A program made the translations under genes and the position numbers. Positions 27,054 to 37,393 of a stretch of 53,851 bases of DNA are shown here, piece after piece. Below the pieces are notes generated by a model, which saw only the letters and a list, made by a program, of their open reading frames with translations, was not told the origin of the DNA and ran no database searches. Position 1 is the first letter of the stretch, and the number at the start of each line of letters is the position of its first letter. This stretch comes from Candidatus Aminicenantes bacterium RBG_19FT_COMBO_65_30 (lineage in GTDB: Bacteria > Acidobacteriota > Aminicenantia > Aminicenantales > Saccharicenantaceae): positions 892 to 54,742 of the forward strand of contig MEYF01000018.1 in the NCBI GenBank assembly GCA_001775755.1, in the 5' to 3' direction.

Positions 27054-27908
27054 CTAGAGATTGGCGGCGCCGAACGTGTCGCCCTGGCGGATGTCGCCGG
27101 TCTCCAGCCCCTTCTTGAACCAGCGCACCCGCTGTTCGGACGTGCCGTGAGTGAACGCGTCCGGAACGATGTAGCCCTGCGTCTGCTTCATGATCCTGTC
27201 GTCGCCGACCGCGCCGGCCGCGTTGATGCCCTCCTCGATGTCGCCCGATTCGAGGAAGTCCGTCGACTGCCTGGCGTAGTGGGCCCAGACGCCGGCCAGG
27301 AAATCGGCCTGGAGCTCCATGCGGACCATGAGCTGGTTGAAGTCCCGTTCGCTCAGCCGTCCTCGCTTGGCCATGACCTGGTCGTTGATGCCGAGCAGGT
27401 TCTGGACGTGGTGGCCGACCTCGTGGGCGATGACGTAGGCCAGGGCGAAATCGCCCGGGGCGCCGAGCTTGCGCTGCATGTCCTCGAAGAACGAAAGGTC
27501 GATGTAGACCTTCGAGTCCCCGGGACAATAGAACGGGCCCGAGGACGCACCGGCGTAGCCGCAGGCTGAATCGACCTGGCCCGTGAACAGGACGAGCTTC
27601 GGCTCGCGATAGCCCTGTCCCATCTGCTGGAACTGCGCCTTCCAAACGTCCTCGATGTCGGCCAGGACGACGGAGACGAAATCGCCCATCTCCTTGTCCT
27701 TCTCGCTGAGCGGCTGCCCAGCCCCCGTGGTCGCCAGCGGCCCGTCGACCTGGAGGCTCTCTGTGATCTCGGACGGATTGCCGCCGAGGAGGAAGTACAG
27801 GACAACGATCACCAGGCCGCCCAAGCCGCCTCCGACCGCGAGGCCTCGGCCGCCGATCCCCCGCCGGTCTTCGACGTTGTCGCTCTTGCGTCTTCCCTGC
27901 CATCTCAT
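27054..27908 (-). CDS. YpfJ-family neutral zinc metallopeptidase
   Basis: MRWQGRRKSDNVEDRR, GPFYCPGD, AHEVGHH, ELQAD, FTHGTSEQR. Confidence 0.93.
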   Translation of the reverse strand: MRWQGRRKSDNVEDRRGIGGRGLAVGGGLGGLVIVVLYFLLGGNPSEITESLQVDGPLATTGAGQPLSEKDKEMGDFVSVVLADIEDVWKAQFQQMGQGYREPKLVLFTGQVDSACGYAGASSGPFYCPGDSKVYIDLSFFEDMQRKLGAPGDFALAYVIAHEVGHHVQNLLGINDQVMAKRGRLSERDFNQLMVRMELQADFLAGVWAHYARQSTDFLESGDIEEGINAAGAVGDDRIMKQTQGYIVPDAFTHGTSEQRVRWFKKGLETGDIRQGDTFGAANL

Positions 27909-27922
27909 GTGTCCCCTCCTTA

Positions 27923-28771
27923 TTATCTCGCCCTTTGGGCCCGGTAGAGCTTTTTCAGCATCAGGGCGTCCTCCTCGAGGTTCGGGCTCTCGCAGATGAC
28001 CATGCCCTCGACGCCCAGGTCGCGCAGGGCTTGGAGCCATTCGTCGTAGCGGAAATCCGTCTCCTCGAGGTTGAGGTGCTTGATCTCGCCCTTATCTCCG
28101 TAGTGGATGCCGGCGATGTGGATGTGGACGTTGCGCAGGGCCCGCGGCCCGAGCTTTCTCGCGACCTTGCTCAGGACCCGGTGGAAGTCCGTGTAGGAGT
28201 TGATCCTCCCCTCCCGGGCGTAGAGGTGAGAGAAATCGAGGCAGGGCTGGAGCCCGGCGACGTCGCGGCAGAGGGTCAGAACCTCGTCGAGCGACCCGAA
28301 CTGGGACCGCTTGCCCATCGTCTCGACCCGGAGGGTGACGGCCAGGCGCTCGGTCCGGACGATGGACTGGACCGCGCCCAGCTCTCTCTTGACGGCCTCG
28401 TAGGTCTTTTCCGCCGAATCCTTGCCGTAGAAAGCGGCGTGGAAAACGACGCTCGCCGCGCCGCAGGCGGCCCCGACCCGGGCGGTGTTGAGGAGGCGCT
28501 CCTGGCTCTGGAGGCGCTTGCCGGGGTCCTCGGAGTTGAGGTTGATGAAATAGGGGGCGTGGACGCTCAGCCGGACGCCCAGCGCCGCGGCCTTTTCGCG
28601 GACCTTGCGGGCCGTGTCGAAGCCCATCTTGACGCCCTTGACGAACTCGATCTCCAGGCAGTCGAGCCCGAGCGCCTTGATGCGCTCGATCGCGGCCAGG
28701 CTGGAGTCGTCGGCGGACGAGAGGGGGACGCCGGCCGTCCCGAAGTGGAGGCCCCTAGGCGCAATCGCCAT
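27923..28771 (-). CDS. nfo: Endonuclease IV-family AP endonuclease (TIM barrel)
   Basis: [31 protein letters not shown] motifs. Confidence 0.85.
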   Translation of the reverse strand: MAIAPRGLHFGTAGVPLSSADDSSLAAIERIKALGLDCLEIEFVKGVKMGFDTARKVREKAAALGVRLSVHAPYFINLNSEDPGKRLQSQERLLNTARVGAACGAASVVFHAAFYGKDSAEKTYEAVKRELGAVQSIVRTERLAVTLRVETMGKRSQFGSLDEVLTLCRDVAGLQPCLDFSHLYAREGRINSYTDFHRVLSKVARKLGPRALRNVHIHIAGIHYGDKGEIKHLNLEETDFRYDEWLQALRDLGVEGMVICESPNLEEDALMLKKLYRAQRAR

Positions 28772-30062
28772 CGGCCTTCCCTCCGGAGCCGAGGAATTCG
28801 CTGACGATCCGCATGGCGCAGAAATCCCCGCACATGGAGCAGGCCTTGGTGCGGGTTTTCCGCCTCTTCCGGACGGCCGCGAACTTCGCGGGGTCGATGG
28901 CCAATCGTCGCTGGGTCTCCCAATCGAGACGCTTCCGGGCCCGGGCGAGCGCGAGGTCGCGCTCGAGGGCGCCGGGAACGCCCTTGACGATGTCGGCCGC
29001 GTGGGCGGCGATCTTCGAGGCGATGAGCCCCTCGCGGACGTCGTCATCGCTGGGCAAGCCGAGGTGCTCGGCCGGAGTGACGTAGCAGAGGAAATCGGCG
29101 CCGGCCGCGGCGGCGACGGCCCCGCCGATGGCCGAGACGATGTGGTCGTAGCCGGGGGCGATGTCGGTGACCAGGGGGCCGAGGACATAGAACGGCGCGG
29201 CGTGGCAGACCCGCTTCTGGAGGCGCACGTTCATCTCGACCTGGTCGAGCGGGACGTGGCCCGGGCCCTCGACCATGACCTGGACCCCGGCCTCCAAAGC
29301 GCGCTTGACGAGCTCGCCGAGCGTCAGGAGTTCCTCGATCTGGGGGCGGTCGGTGGCGTCCAGGATCGAGCCGGGACGGAGGCCGTCGCCCAGGCTGAGG
29401 GTGACGTCGAAGCGCCGGGCGATCTCGAGCAGGCGGTCGAACCGGGCGTAGAAGGGGTTTTCCTTTTCGTTGTGGAGCATCCAGGCGAGGTGGAAGGCGC
29501 CTCCCCGGGAGACGACGTCGGCGACACGGCCCTGCTTTTTCAGGCGGTCGATGGCCTTCAGGGTTAGCCCGCTGTGGACGGTCATGAAGTCGACGCCCTC
29601 GCGGGCCTGGGATTCGACGGCCTCGAAAAGGTCCTCTTCGGCCATATCGACGATGGTCGCCCGGCGGTCGATGGCCTTGACCGCCGCCTGGTAGATGGGC
29701 ACGGTTCCCAGCGGGACCGGCGTCCGGGCGAGAATGGCCTTGCGGATCTTGCGCAGGTCGCCGCCCGTGCTCAGGTCCATCAGGGTGTCCGCCCCGTGCT
29801 GGAGGCTGATCATGACTTTGCGCAATTCGTCGGCGAGCCTCGGGAAGTCGCGCGAAGTGCCGATGTTGACGTTGACCTTGGTCCGGAGGCCCTGGCCGAT
29901 GCCGGCGGGACGGGCGGGGGAGTGGTTCGGATTGAAGGGGATGACGGCGAGGCCGCGGCCGACGAGCCCGGCCAGCATGTCCGCGGCCATGCCCTCGGCC
30001 GCGGCGACCTTTCTCAAGACAGGAGTGAGGACACCTTTCCTTGCTTTTTCCGTCTGCGTCAT
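28755..30062 (-). CDS. thiC: Phosphomethylpyrimidine synthase ThiC (short form)
   Basis: [58 protein letters not shown]. Confidence 0.92.
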   Translation of the reverse strand: MTQTEKARKGVLTPVLRKVAAAEGMAADMLAGLVGRGLAVIPFNPNHSPARPAGIGQGLRTKVNVNIGTSRDFPRLADELRKVMISLQHGADTLMDLSTGGDLRKIRKAILARTPVPLGTVPIYQAAVKAIDRRATIVDMAEEDLFEAVESQAREGVDFMTVHSGLTLKAIDRLKKQGRVADVVSRGGAFHLAWMLHNEKENPFYARFDRLLEIARRFDVTLSLGDGLRPGSILDATDRPQIEELLTLGELVKRALEAGVQVMVEGPGHVPLDQVEMNVRLQKRVCHAAPFYVLGPLVTDIAPGYDHIVSAIGGAVAAAAGADFLCYVTPAEHLGLPSDDDVREGLIASKIAAHAADIVKGVPGALERDLALARARKRLDWETQRRLAIDPAKFAAVRKRRKTRTKACSMCGDFCAMRIVSEFLGSGGKADGDCA

Positions 30063-30097
30063 GATGGGTCGATCCCGCGCGAAAGAATGGAATATAG

Positions 30098-30126
30098 AGT
30101 ATAGAGGAGGGGCCGGGGGCTGTCAA
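30098..30126 (-). promoter_or_regulatory. Sigma-70 promoter of thiC-nfo-ypfJ
   Basis: TTGACA-N17-TATACT on minus strand. Confidence 0.75.
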
Positions 30127-30224
30127 GAAAGCGGCGGGCGGACCCGGGGCGACCTCGTCCGCCGCTTCGCCAGGAAAAAAATCTCGTGGTCCTATGGAGA
30201 ACTCGTGAAGTCCATGATATCCTG

Positions 30225-30707
30225 ATGGCCGAGATGTCCTCCTGGAAGAAGTTCGCCGTCTACGGCCTGCCGCCGCTCCTCTGGATGGCCTTTATTTTCC
30301 CGTTGGGAAACCCGGCCCTGGGCTCGAGCCGCATCTTCGAGGTCTTCGCCGACGTCTTTAGATGGTTCGCGCCGCACGCTTCCGCCCGGACCCTCGGCCT
30401 GGTCTACATCGTTTTTCGTAAGACCCTCCACTTCATCGAGTACGGTTTCCTGGCCTTCCTTCTCTACCGGGCCTTCCGCGCCGGACGAGGCCCGACTTGG
30501 TCCAAGCCGAAGGCGCTCCAGGCGGCCTCCATAGCCATCGCCTACGGTTTCCTCGATGAACTTCTCCAGTCCTTCGTCCCGAATCGGTTCGGCAGTCCGT
30601 TCGACTGGGCCGTGGACACCGCCGGGATCCTGGCCGCCATCGCCGCCATCGCCTGGGCGGGTTCGAGGCGGGACACGGGTCCGGACGGCTCCGCGCCCTT
30701 TTCCTAA
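30225..30707 (+). CDS. VanZ family membrane protein
   Basis: RKTLHFIEYGFL, DELLQSFVPNR..S..DWAVD motifs. Confidence 0.9.
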   Translation: MAEMSSWKKFAVYGLPPLLWMAFIFPLGNPALGSSRIFEVFADVFRWFAPHASARTLGLVYIVFRKTLHFIEYGFLAFLLYRAFRAGRGPTWSKPKALQAASIAIAYGFLDELLQSFVPNRFGSPFDWAVDTAGILAAIAAIAWAGSRRDTGPDGSAPFS

Positions 30708-30820
30708 AGAGGCCGTTCGACATCACCCCGTCGTCCCTCGGTCTCCTGCTCTCCGCGCCCTCTTCCCTTGTTTTCTCGTGAACCGTAATCTGCTAATATG
30801 GGGAAGAAGGTTCGACCGCC

Positions 30821-31420
30821 ATGAAAAAAACGGCTCTGCTGACGTTTGCGATCATCGTGACCATGGCCACGGTCGCGACACGTTCGCCCGCCCGGACCGG
30901 AGCCGGCGGCCAGGTCAGCTCCGAGGTCCGGGCCAGGGCGGCCGGGATCTTCACCGCCCTTGACAAGATCGAGGCGGAACAGGGACGGCCCGGACCGGCG
31001 CCGGGTTCCCGGAGCCTGACCTTCACCGAAGCCGAGCTCAACGCCTACGCCGCCTGCCGGCTCGATGCCGAGAGCGGGCCTTACGTCAAGGCCGCGGAGT
31101 TCAAGCTTCTCGCCGGCGACAAGTTCGAGGGGCGCATCACCATCGACCTCGGCAAGCCCCGAGTTTCGGGCATCCTGCCGCAGAAGCAGGACCTGCTCTT
31201 CGCGGCCCGCAGCGAGACCCGGGACGGGAAGATCAGGATCAACATCGACAGCCTTTTCCTCGGCACCCAGCCGATCGCGCCGGCCTTCGTCGACGTCATC
31301 ATCGACGTCGTCGCCCGCCTGCAGGGGGTCGAGCCGGCGAGCCTCAAGGACTGGTACGACCTTCCGCCCGGGGTCCTTCGGCTCGAGACGCGGCCGGGCC
31401 GCGTCGTCGTCATCTACTGA
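30821..31420 (+). CDS. Hypothetical exported protein (possible lipid-binding beta fold)
   Basis: Signal peptide, TFTEAELNAY motif, host-like codon usage. Confidence 0.7.
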   Translation: MKKTALLTFAIIVTMATVATRSPARTGAGGQVSSEVRARAAGIFTALDKIEAEQGRPGPAPGSRSLTFTEAELNAYAACRLDAESGPYVKAAEFKLLAGDKFEGRITIDLGKPRVSGILPQKQDLLFAARSETRDGKIRINIDSLFLGTQPIAPAFVDVIIDVVARLQGVEPASLKDWYDLPPGVLRLETRPGRVVVIY

Positions 31421-31449
31421 ACGGACAAAGGGAAGAGGAGGGGGAGAGA

Positions 31450-32103
31450 ATGATCCGGGTCATCAGCGGCATTTACAAGGGCAGGCGCCTGAAGCTCGTG
31501 CCCAGCCCCTTGGTCAGGCCGATGCAGGACAAGGTCAAGGGCGCGCTCTTCAGCATCGTCGGCGACCGGATCAAGGGGAGCGTCTGCCTCGACGGCTTCT
31601 CGGGGACGGGTTCGGTCGGCCTCGAGGCCTTGAGCCGCGGCGCCGGCCGGGTCGTCTTCGTCGACGAGTTCTACCCTTCGGTCAAGGTCATCCGGCTGAA
31701 CGTCGCCAAGTGCGGGGCCGAGGAGAAGTCGGTCGTCCTCCACCGGGAGTTCAACCGGGCGGTCATCGACCTGGCCAAGAAAGGCGTCCGCTTCGACATC
31801 ATCTTCCTCGACCCGCCCTACCGGCTCCTCGAGGAGCGGAACCCGCTCAGGGTCATCCGCAAGCGGGACCTTCTCAAGCCGGGCGGCCTCATCGTCCTCC
31901 GCCACTACTTCAAGATCAAGCCCAAGCTCGGGGACTTCAAGCTCGAGCGCCGGGTAGCTCTCGGCGACGACGTCCTCGCCCTGTTCGTTCCGGAGGCCGC
32001 GGCCGCGGCCGGCGAGGCCGGGCCCGCCGACGCCGAAACCGCGGCGAAACGGCCGAAGACGGGCTTGCCCCGCGCGCCGCGTTCCCTTAAAATGAGACCA
32101 TGA
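31450..32103 (+). CDS. rsmD: 16S rRNA m2G966 methyltransferase RsmD
   Basis: MIRVISG..KGRRL, RP..DKVK.ALF, LDGFSGTGSVGLEALSRGA, DPPY. Confidence 0.93.
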   Translation: MIRVISGIYKGRRLKLVPSPLVRPMQDKVKGALFSIVGDRIKGSVCLDGFSGTGSVGLEALSRGAGRVVFVDEFYPSVKVIRLNVAKCGAEEKSVVLHREFNRAVIDLAKKGVRFDIIFLDPPYRLLEERNPLRVIRKRDLLKPGGLIVLRHYFKIKPKLGDFKLERRVALGDDVLALFVPEAAAAAGEAGPADAETAAKRPKTGLPRAPRSLKMRP

Positions 32104-32972
32104 AAAAAACCGGGAGCGCGGCGGCCCCGTTCTGGAAAGAGGCGCCGCTCGTCGACGAGCGCGAGATCTTCACCGAGTTGGCCGCAAAGAAAGGCAGCTC
32201 CCTCTTCCTCGGCCGCTACTCTCTCAACGAGGTCCTGGCCGTCCTCAACAAGAAGGGGTTCCTCAAGGAGGCCCGCAAGCGCTTCCTCTGGCCGCTCGCC
32301 TACGAGCTCGATTCGTCCGCTTACCCCCTCCAGAGGCTCCAGATCTACCTGCGCGAGCCGGGGCCGGAGAACCTCATCGTCGACGTCAAGGTCAAGGAGA
32401 CCGAGTTCGTCCCCAAGGAGACGGCGGAGGGCCTGCCGCTCCTGCCGCCGCAAAAGGCCCTGGCCTTCGAATGGCTGACCCTCCAGAACCCCCTTGTCAA
32501 GCCCGGCGAGCCGTTCGCGCCCCTGCCCGGCCAGACGCGTCCCGGACTGAGGTTGCGGGCGAAGATCATGGACCTGTTCCTCTACCTCGCCCGGCTGATC
32601 CACAAGGACTGCCTCCTGGCCTTCCCGGCCTACTTCCACAACGCCGTCCTTTTTTCGCGGTACTTCCACTTCTGGAATCCGCGCAAGGAAGCCGAGGTCC
32701 TGGCCATCCGCCGGACCTTCAGCCACATGCCGTTCCGACAGCTGGCCTGGGTCGTCCACCTGAACTGCCTGAGGCGGGAGGACGGCACGGTCTACGAATG
32801 GGCGGCCGAGGAACAGCTCTATCCCATGACCCGCCCCCTCAAGGACTACTTCGATTCCCGGCGGTACAAGGACGTCGTGAGAACGGGCCGGAAAAATCCC
32901 GTTTTTTCCGTCGATTGGGCCGAATTCGAGAGGAGATCCACCGACATCCCCGCGTTTTGCGGCGGCCCTTAG
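32100..32972 (+). CDS. Hypothetical protein (EWLTLQNP...LPGQ..PGL family)
   Basis: ATGA overlap with rsmD; host-like codon usage. Confidence 0.75.
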   Translation: MKKTGSAAAPFWKEAPLVDEREIFTELAAKKGSSLFLGRYSLNEVLAVLNKKGFLKEARKRFLWPLAYELDSSAYPLQRLQIYLREPGPENLIVDVKVKETEFVPKETAEGLPLLPPQKALAFEWLTLQNPLVKPGEPFAPLPGQTRPGLRLRAKIMDLFLYLARLIHKDCLLAFPAYFHNAVLFSRYFHFWNPRKEAEVLAIRRTFSHMPFRQLAWVVHLNCLRREDGTVYEWAAEEQLYPMTRPLKDYFDSRRYKDVVRTGRKNPVFSVDWAEFERRSTDIPAFCGGP

Positions 32973-33008
32973 AATCTGCTATAATACCGCGCTCAAGGAG
33001 ATCGTCCC

Positions 33009-33287
33009 ATGAAGAAAGACGTCCACCCCGAATACCAGGAATGCGTCGTGACCTGCGCCTGCGGCAGCACGTTCAAGACGAGGTCCACGAAGAAGGAGAT
33101 CCGGGTGGAGATCTGCTCCCAGTGCCATCCGTTCTTCACCGGCAAGCAGAAGTTCATCGACAGCGCCGGCCGGGTCGAGAAGTTCAAGAAGAAATTCGGC
33201 GACGCCAAGGACTTCAAGACGGCCAAGGACGTCAAGACCGCCAGGGACGTCAAGAGCCTCGCGAAGACTAAAAAATCGTCTCGATGA
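33009..33287 (+). CDS. rpmE: 50S ribosomal protein L31, zinc-binding type, with C-terminal repeat extension
   Basis: [29 protein letters not shown]. Confidence 0.97.
   Translation: MKKDVHPEYQECVVTCACGSTFKTRSTKKEIRVEICSQCHPFFTGKQKFIDSAGRVEKFKKKFGDAKDFKTAKDVKTARDVKSLAKTKKSSR
33204..33257 (+). repeat. 3 x 18-bp imperfect tandem repeat in rpmE 3' end
   Basis: GCCAAGGACTTCAAGACG / GCCAAGGACGTCAAGACC / GCCAGGGACGTCAAGAGC. Confidence 0.9.
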
Positions 33288-34387
33288 TCCAGGAACTACA
33301 GGCGATCGAAGACAAGTATCGCCGGCTGACGGCAGCGCTTTCCGACCCCGCGATCGCCGCCAACCCCCAGAAGATCCGCGCCCTGGCCAAGGAACGGGCC
33401 GAGCTCGAGCCCGCCTTCCGGAAGTATGAAGAGTACAAGCGCGTCCGCAAGGACCGCGAGGAGGCCCGCCGCCTCCTGGCCGATCCCAAGACGGAGCCGG
33501 AGCTCCGGCGCATGGCCGAGGGCGAGACCGAGGAGCTCGAGACGAGGGAGAAAGCCCTCGTCGACGAGCTCCGGACCATGCTCCTGCCCAAGGACCCCAA
33601 CGACGAGAAGAACGTCATCCTCGAGATCCGGGCCGGGGCGGGAGGGGACGAAGCGTCGCTGTTTGCCCAGGACCTTTTCCGGATGTACTCGCGGTTCGCC
33701 GAAAAAAAGGGCTGGAAGCTCGAGGTCGTCGACACGAGTTTCTCGCCGATCGGCGGCCTCAAGGAAGCGATCGGCAACATCCGCGGCAAGGGCGCCTACT
33801 CGCTCCTCAAGTACGAGAGCGGCGTCCACCGCGTCCAGCGCGTGCCCAAGACCGAGGCCTCCGGCCGCATCCACACCTCGACGGCGACCGTGGCCGTCCT
33901 GCCGGAGGTCGACGAGATCGAACTCAGGATCGACCCCAAGGACCTCAAGATCGAAGCCTTCGGCTCGTCCGGCCCGGGCGGACAGAGCGTCAACCGGAAT
34001 TACACCGCGATCCGCGTCACCCACAAGCCGTCGGGCCTCGTCGTCTCCTGCCAGGACGAGAAATCCCAGCACCGGAACAAGGAGAGGGCCCTGCGGGTCC
34101 TGCGCGCCCGGCTCATGGACATCGCCCAGCGGGAACAGCAGGCCGAGATCGCCCAGAACAGGCGGTCCCAGGTCGGAACGGGGGAGAGGAGCGAGAAGAT
34201 CCGGACCTACAACTTCCCCCAGTCGCGGATCACCGACCACCGGCTGAATGAGAACTTCCACAACATGGAGGGCATCCTCGCCGGCGACCTGGACGACATC
34301 CTGGCCAGGCTCGTCCTCCAGTCCCAGGCCCAGGCGTTGGGCGAGATGCCGCGCGACTCCGGCCAGGCCAAGGACGTTGGAATCTAA
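33284..34387 (+). CDS. prfA: Peptide chain release factor 1
   Basis: [25 protein letters not shown] (PxT), [15 protein letters not shown]. Confidence 0.97.
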   Translation: MIQELQAIEDKYRRLTAALSDPAIAANPQKIRALAKERAELEPAFRKYEEYKRVRKDREEARRLLADPKTEPELRRMAEGETEELETREKALVDELRTMLLPKDPNDEKNVILEIRAGAGGDEASLFAQDLFRMYSRFAEKKGWKLEVVDTSFSPIGGLKEAIGNIRGKGAYSLLKYESGVHRVQRVPKTEASGRIHTSTATVAVLPEVDEIELRIDPKDLKIEAFGSSGPGGQSVNRNYTAIRVTHKPSGLVVSCQDEKSQHRNKERALRVLRARLMDIAQREQQAEIAQNRRSQVGTGERSEKIRTYNFPQSRITDHRLNENFHNMEGILAGDLDDILARLVLQSQAQALGEMPRDSGQAKDVGI

Positions 34388-35225
34388 GAAAACCCTCGGC
34401 GAGCTCTACCGGAACGGGATCGCCCTTTTAGGCGACCGGCCCCAGGCCGTTCTCGAAGCCAAGGTCCTCCTTCTCCGGGCCGCGGCCGTCACGGAGGCAC
34501 GGTTCCTCGCCGCCCCCGACAAACCGTGCTCCTCGAAAGCGGAGGCCTTTTTCCTGAGGCTCGTCGGGAGGCGGCTCGACGGCGTGCCGCTGGCCTATCT
34601 CACCGGCAAGAAGGAATTCTGGTCCATCCCGTTCGAGGTTTCGCCGTCCGTCCTGGTGCCGAGGCCGGAGACCGAGGTCCTCGTCGAAAAAGTCCTCGGG
34701 CTGGCGACGCGGGAGGACGAGTCCATCCTCGACGTCGGCACGGGCAGCGGCTGCATCGCCGTCGCCCTGGCCAAGGAGCTGCCGCGGGCCCGCATCCAGG
34801 CCGTGGACATTTCGGAACGGGCGTTGCGCGTCGCCCGGCGGAACGCTGCGCTCCATAAGGCCGGGCATATCCAATTCCACAGATGCAGCCTCTTCTCGGC
34901 CTTCCGCGGGACGGGCGTCCGCTTCGATTTCATCGTGTCCAACCCGCCGTACATTTCGCGGGGCGAGTGGGACGGGCTGCCGCCCGAGGTCCGGGACTTC
35001 GAGCCGCGGCGGGCCCTCCTCGCCGGGGAGTCCGGGCTGGAGCTGATCGAGCGGCTGATCCGCCGGGCCGGGACGTTCTTGAGGCCGGGCGGCTACCTCA
35101 TCTTCGAGATCGGAGACGGCCAGCGCGACAGGGTCCTTTCCCTATTCGGCAAACGTTGGACCGAGATCGAGACGGCCTGGGACCTGGCCGGCCAGCCTCG
35201 CGTTATTACGGCCCGTCGGGCCTGA
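34377..35225 (+). CDS. prmC: Release factor glutamine methyltransferase PrmC
   Basis: PLAYLTG, VLVPRPETE, DVGTGSG, NPPY; TTG start inferred. Confidence 0.95.
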   Translation: MESKKTLGELYRNGIALLGDRPQAVLEAKVLLLRAAAVTEARFLAAPDKPCSSKAEAFFLRLVGRRLDGVPLAYLTGKKEFWSIPFEVSPSVLVPRPETEVLVEKVLGLATREDESILDVGTGSGCIAVALAKELPRARIQAVDISERALRVARRNAALHKAGHIQFHRCSLFSAFRGTGVRFDFIVSNPPYISRGEWDGLPPEVRDFEPRRALLAGESGLELIERLIRRAGTFLRPGGYLIFEIGDGQRDRVLSLFGKRWTEIETAWDLAGQPRVITARRA

Positions 35226-35308
35226 AACGGTCAGGAACCGGCGGGCAGGCATGATGGGCAGAGGGCGAAAAATATCCCAATGTTGCGGGCCATAGTTATG
35301 GGAATGGA

Positions 35309-37393
35309 CTACTTCTTGATCCGGTCGAGGTTCTCCCTGACACGATCCTGCTGAGGATTGATAGCCAGGGATTTTTCCCAAGCGGTCCGGGCCTCTTCGA
35401 GATCCCCCAGCTCGAATGCGCACTGGCCGATGGAGTTCAGGATATCCAGCCTCATCCCGGCCCGGTCAAGGTAAGTCCGGTAATAAAGGATGGCCTCCCG
35501 GTACTGTCCCAGGGCTTGACTGCAGGTCCCCAGGAGGGCCAGGACCTCGTGTTTTTCTCCCGTCGCTTTGGAAAAGGGGCTGAGGACGTCTTTGGCCCTC
35601 GCGTACTCCTCGCTCCGAACCAGCCATTCGGAATAAGCCAGGGCGTAATCCAGCATATTGGGATTCGCGCGGTAAGCCTTGGCCAGGAGCTCGCCGCCGC
35701 CATCCCGATCGCCCGCCTTCACGAGCTGGCCGCCCGCGAGATAGGCATACATGGCGTTGTCGGCCGGCGGCATGACCTTGGCCACGACCCAGGGCCTCGG
35801 GATCTCCGCGAGAGGCGAGACCACGAAATCCGCGTCGGCGGTGACCGCCGTCCGGGCTTGCGCGTCGCGGAGGGTCACCCGAAGCTTGTAGTAATCGGGG
35901 GGGAAAGTCCGCAGGGGGAATTCCTGAACGACATCCATCGCCGGCAGGTCCTTGAGCGGGACCTCGCTCCGCAGGAACTCCCGGCCTTGCCGCTCAAAAA
36001 CGAACTCCGCGCGTCCCGTCCTCCGCAGATCGTCGGGCATGGCGAAGACTTGGAAGAAAACGGCCAGGGTTTCCCCTGAGGCGAAGGTTCGGCCCGGCTG
36101 GCAGGAGATCTGGATGTCGCCGGCGCGAAAAGGCTTGACCTGGCGCGGCGCGGCGGGCAATCGCTTCGCCCGATAGCCCAGCAGGAGAGGGCTCATCCCA
36201 AACTCGGCGGGCCGGGCGCCGGGCACGGCGATCCGTTTTTCGAAGGACGCGAACTCCTTGGAGACGGTGTTTTTCAGGAGGAGGCTGAAGTTGTATTCCC
36301 CCGAGACCAGGGGAATAGCATCCTCGATGAGGATGCCCGTCTTCCGGACGTCCTCGATCTGGCCTTCGCCGAAATCCAGCGGGAAGGTCTTGTCGTACTG
36401 GAAGATGACGCGGCCGTCCGAGGCCGTGACGATCCCGTTGAGCGCGAAGTTGACGCTGGCCTTCCCGTCGTGGGACAAGAGCGACAGTTTCGCCGGCTGG
36501 ACCGCATAATGGACGAAGAAGAGGCCGGAGTCGTCCCGGATGATCGAGACCAAGCTGTCACTATCGATGTAGTTGGCCGTGTAATCGATCTCGATGACAT
36601 CCTTGAACCTAAGCAGGGCCTCGGCGTACCCGGGATCAACGGCTTTTTCAGGGAGGCCGTGGACGCGGCCGATCAACATGTCGGAGGCCAGGGACGGCTG
36701 GCCGAGGGGAAGTCCCTCCCCGGGAATGAGGGAAAGGGAGACCTCGGCCAGACGGGCGTTGAATTTGCGGAGCTGTTCGTAGGCGGCCGAGAGGCTTGTC
36801 GGGTCGCCGCGGAAGTTGACGAGGAGACTCGCGGGGCCGTCCTGGGCCGGGCTGTAGAGGACGTATTCCCCCGCGCCTTTCCGCTTGAAGAAGACGATGT
36901 CGAAATGAGACGGCAGGCCGAGTTCCGGCCGGCCGGCATAGGACCAGATCAACGTCGGGTAGACATAAGATTCCCCTTCGAACCGGCTGATATCCAGGGG
37001 AGGTCCGAGGATGACGTAGATCCTCCCGCGGTCGGTCATCCAGCCGGGCCGGGTCGTGTCGCGCGAGAAGAACTCGTCGGCATAGGCGATCCTCTTGTAG
37101 TGCTCTTCCTTGGTCTCGTTCGCCGGCGTTCCCGGCGTGGGATCCCGCTGCTTCCAGAAGGCGTCGATGAAGATGTCCCGCTCCCGGTCGTTCCCGAGCC
37201 GGAGGAAGACGTCGCGCTCCCTGGCGCTGATGATGTAGACAACCTCTTTTTCCAGCCATTCCCGGAACCGCTGAGGAAGGTTTTTCAGGGCCGCCCGGGT
37301 CTGCCCTGAGGTCGAGACCGGGACCGCGATCCATAGGAGGACGAGGGCGAGCAACGATAGGATACCGGTTCTTCTCTTGGACCTAGGACTCAT
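35309..37393 (-). CDS. GWxTD domain protein with C-terminal TPRs
   Basis: FW..RDPTPGT, PGWMTDRGRIY..LGPP; signal peptide; TPR tail. Confidence 0.92.
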   Translation of the reverse strand: MSPRSKRRTGILSLLALVLLWIAVPVSTSGQTRAALKNLPQRFREWLEKEVVYIISARERDVFLRLGNDRERDIFIDAFWKQRDPTPGTPANETKEEHYKRIAYADEFFSRDTTRPGWMTDRGRIYVILGPPLDISRFEGESYVYPTLIWSYAGRPELGLPSHFDIVFFKRKGAGEYVLYSPAQDGPASLLVNFRGDPTSLSAAYEQLRKFNARLAEVSLSLIPGEGLPLGQPSLASDMLIGRVHGLPEKAVDPGYAEALLRFKDVIEIDYTANYIDSDSLVSIIRDDSGLFFVHYAVQPAKLSLLSHDGKASVNFALNGIVTASDGRVIFQYDKTFPLDFGEGQIEDVRKTGILIEDAIPLVSGEYNFSLLLKNTVSKEFASFEKRIAVPGARPAEFGMSPLLLGYRAKRLPAAPRQVKPFRAGDIQISCQPGRTFASGETLAVFFQVFAMPDDLRRTGRAEFVFERQGREFLRSEVPLKDLPAMDVVQEFPLRTFPPDYYKLRVTLRDAQARTAVTADADFVVSPLAEIPRPWVVAKVMPPADNAMYAYLAGGQLVKAGDRDGGGELLAKAYRANPNMLDYALAYSEWLVRSEEYARAKDVLSPFSKATGEKHEVLALLGTCSQALGQYREAILYYRTYLDRAGMRLDILNSIGQCAFELGDLEEARTAWEKSLAINPQQDRVRENLDRIKK

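Noticed and set aside
27923-29188. 421-aa extended nfo ORF
   Set aside because: The N-terminal extension is an alternative frame of thiC; the start at 28771 follows an RBS-like GGAGGG.
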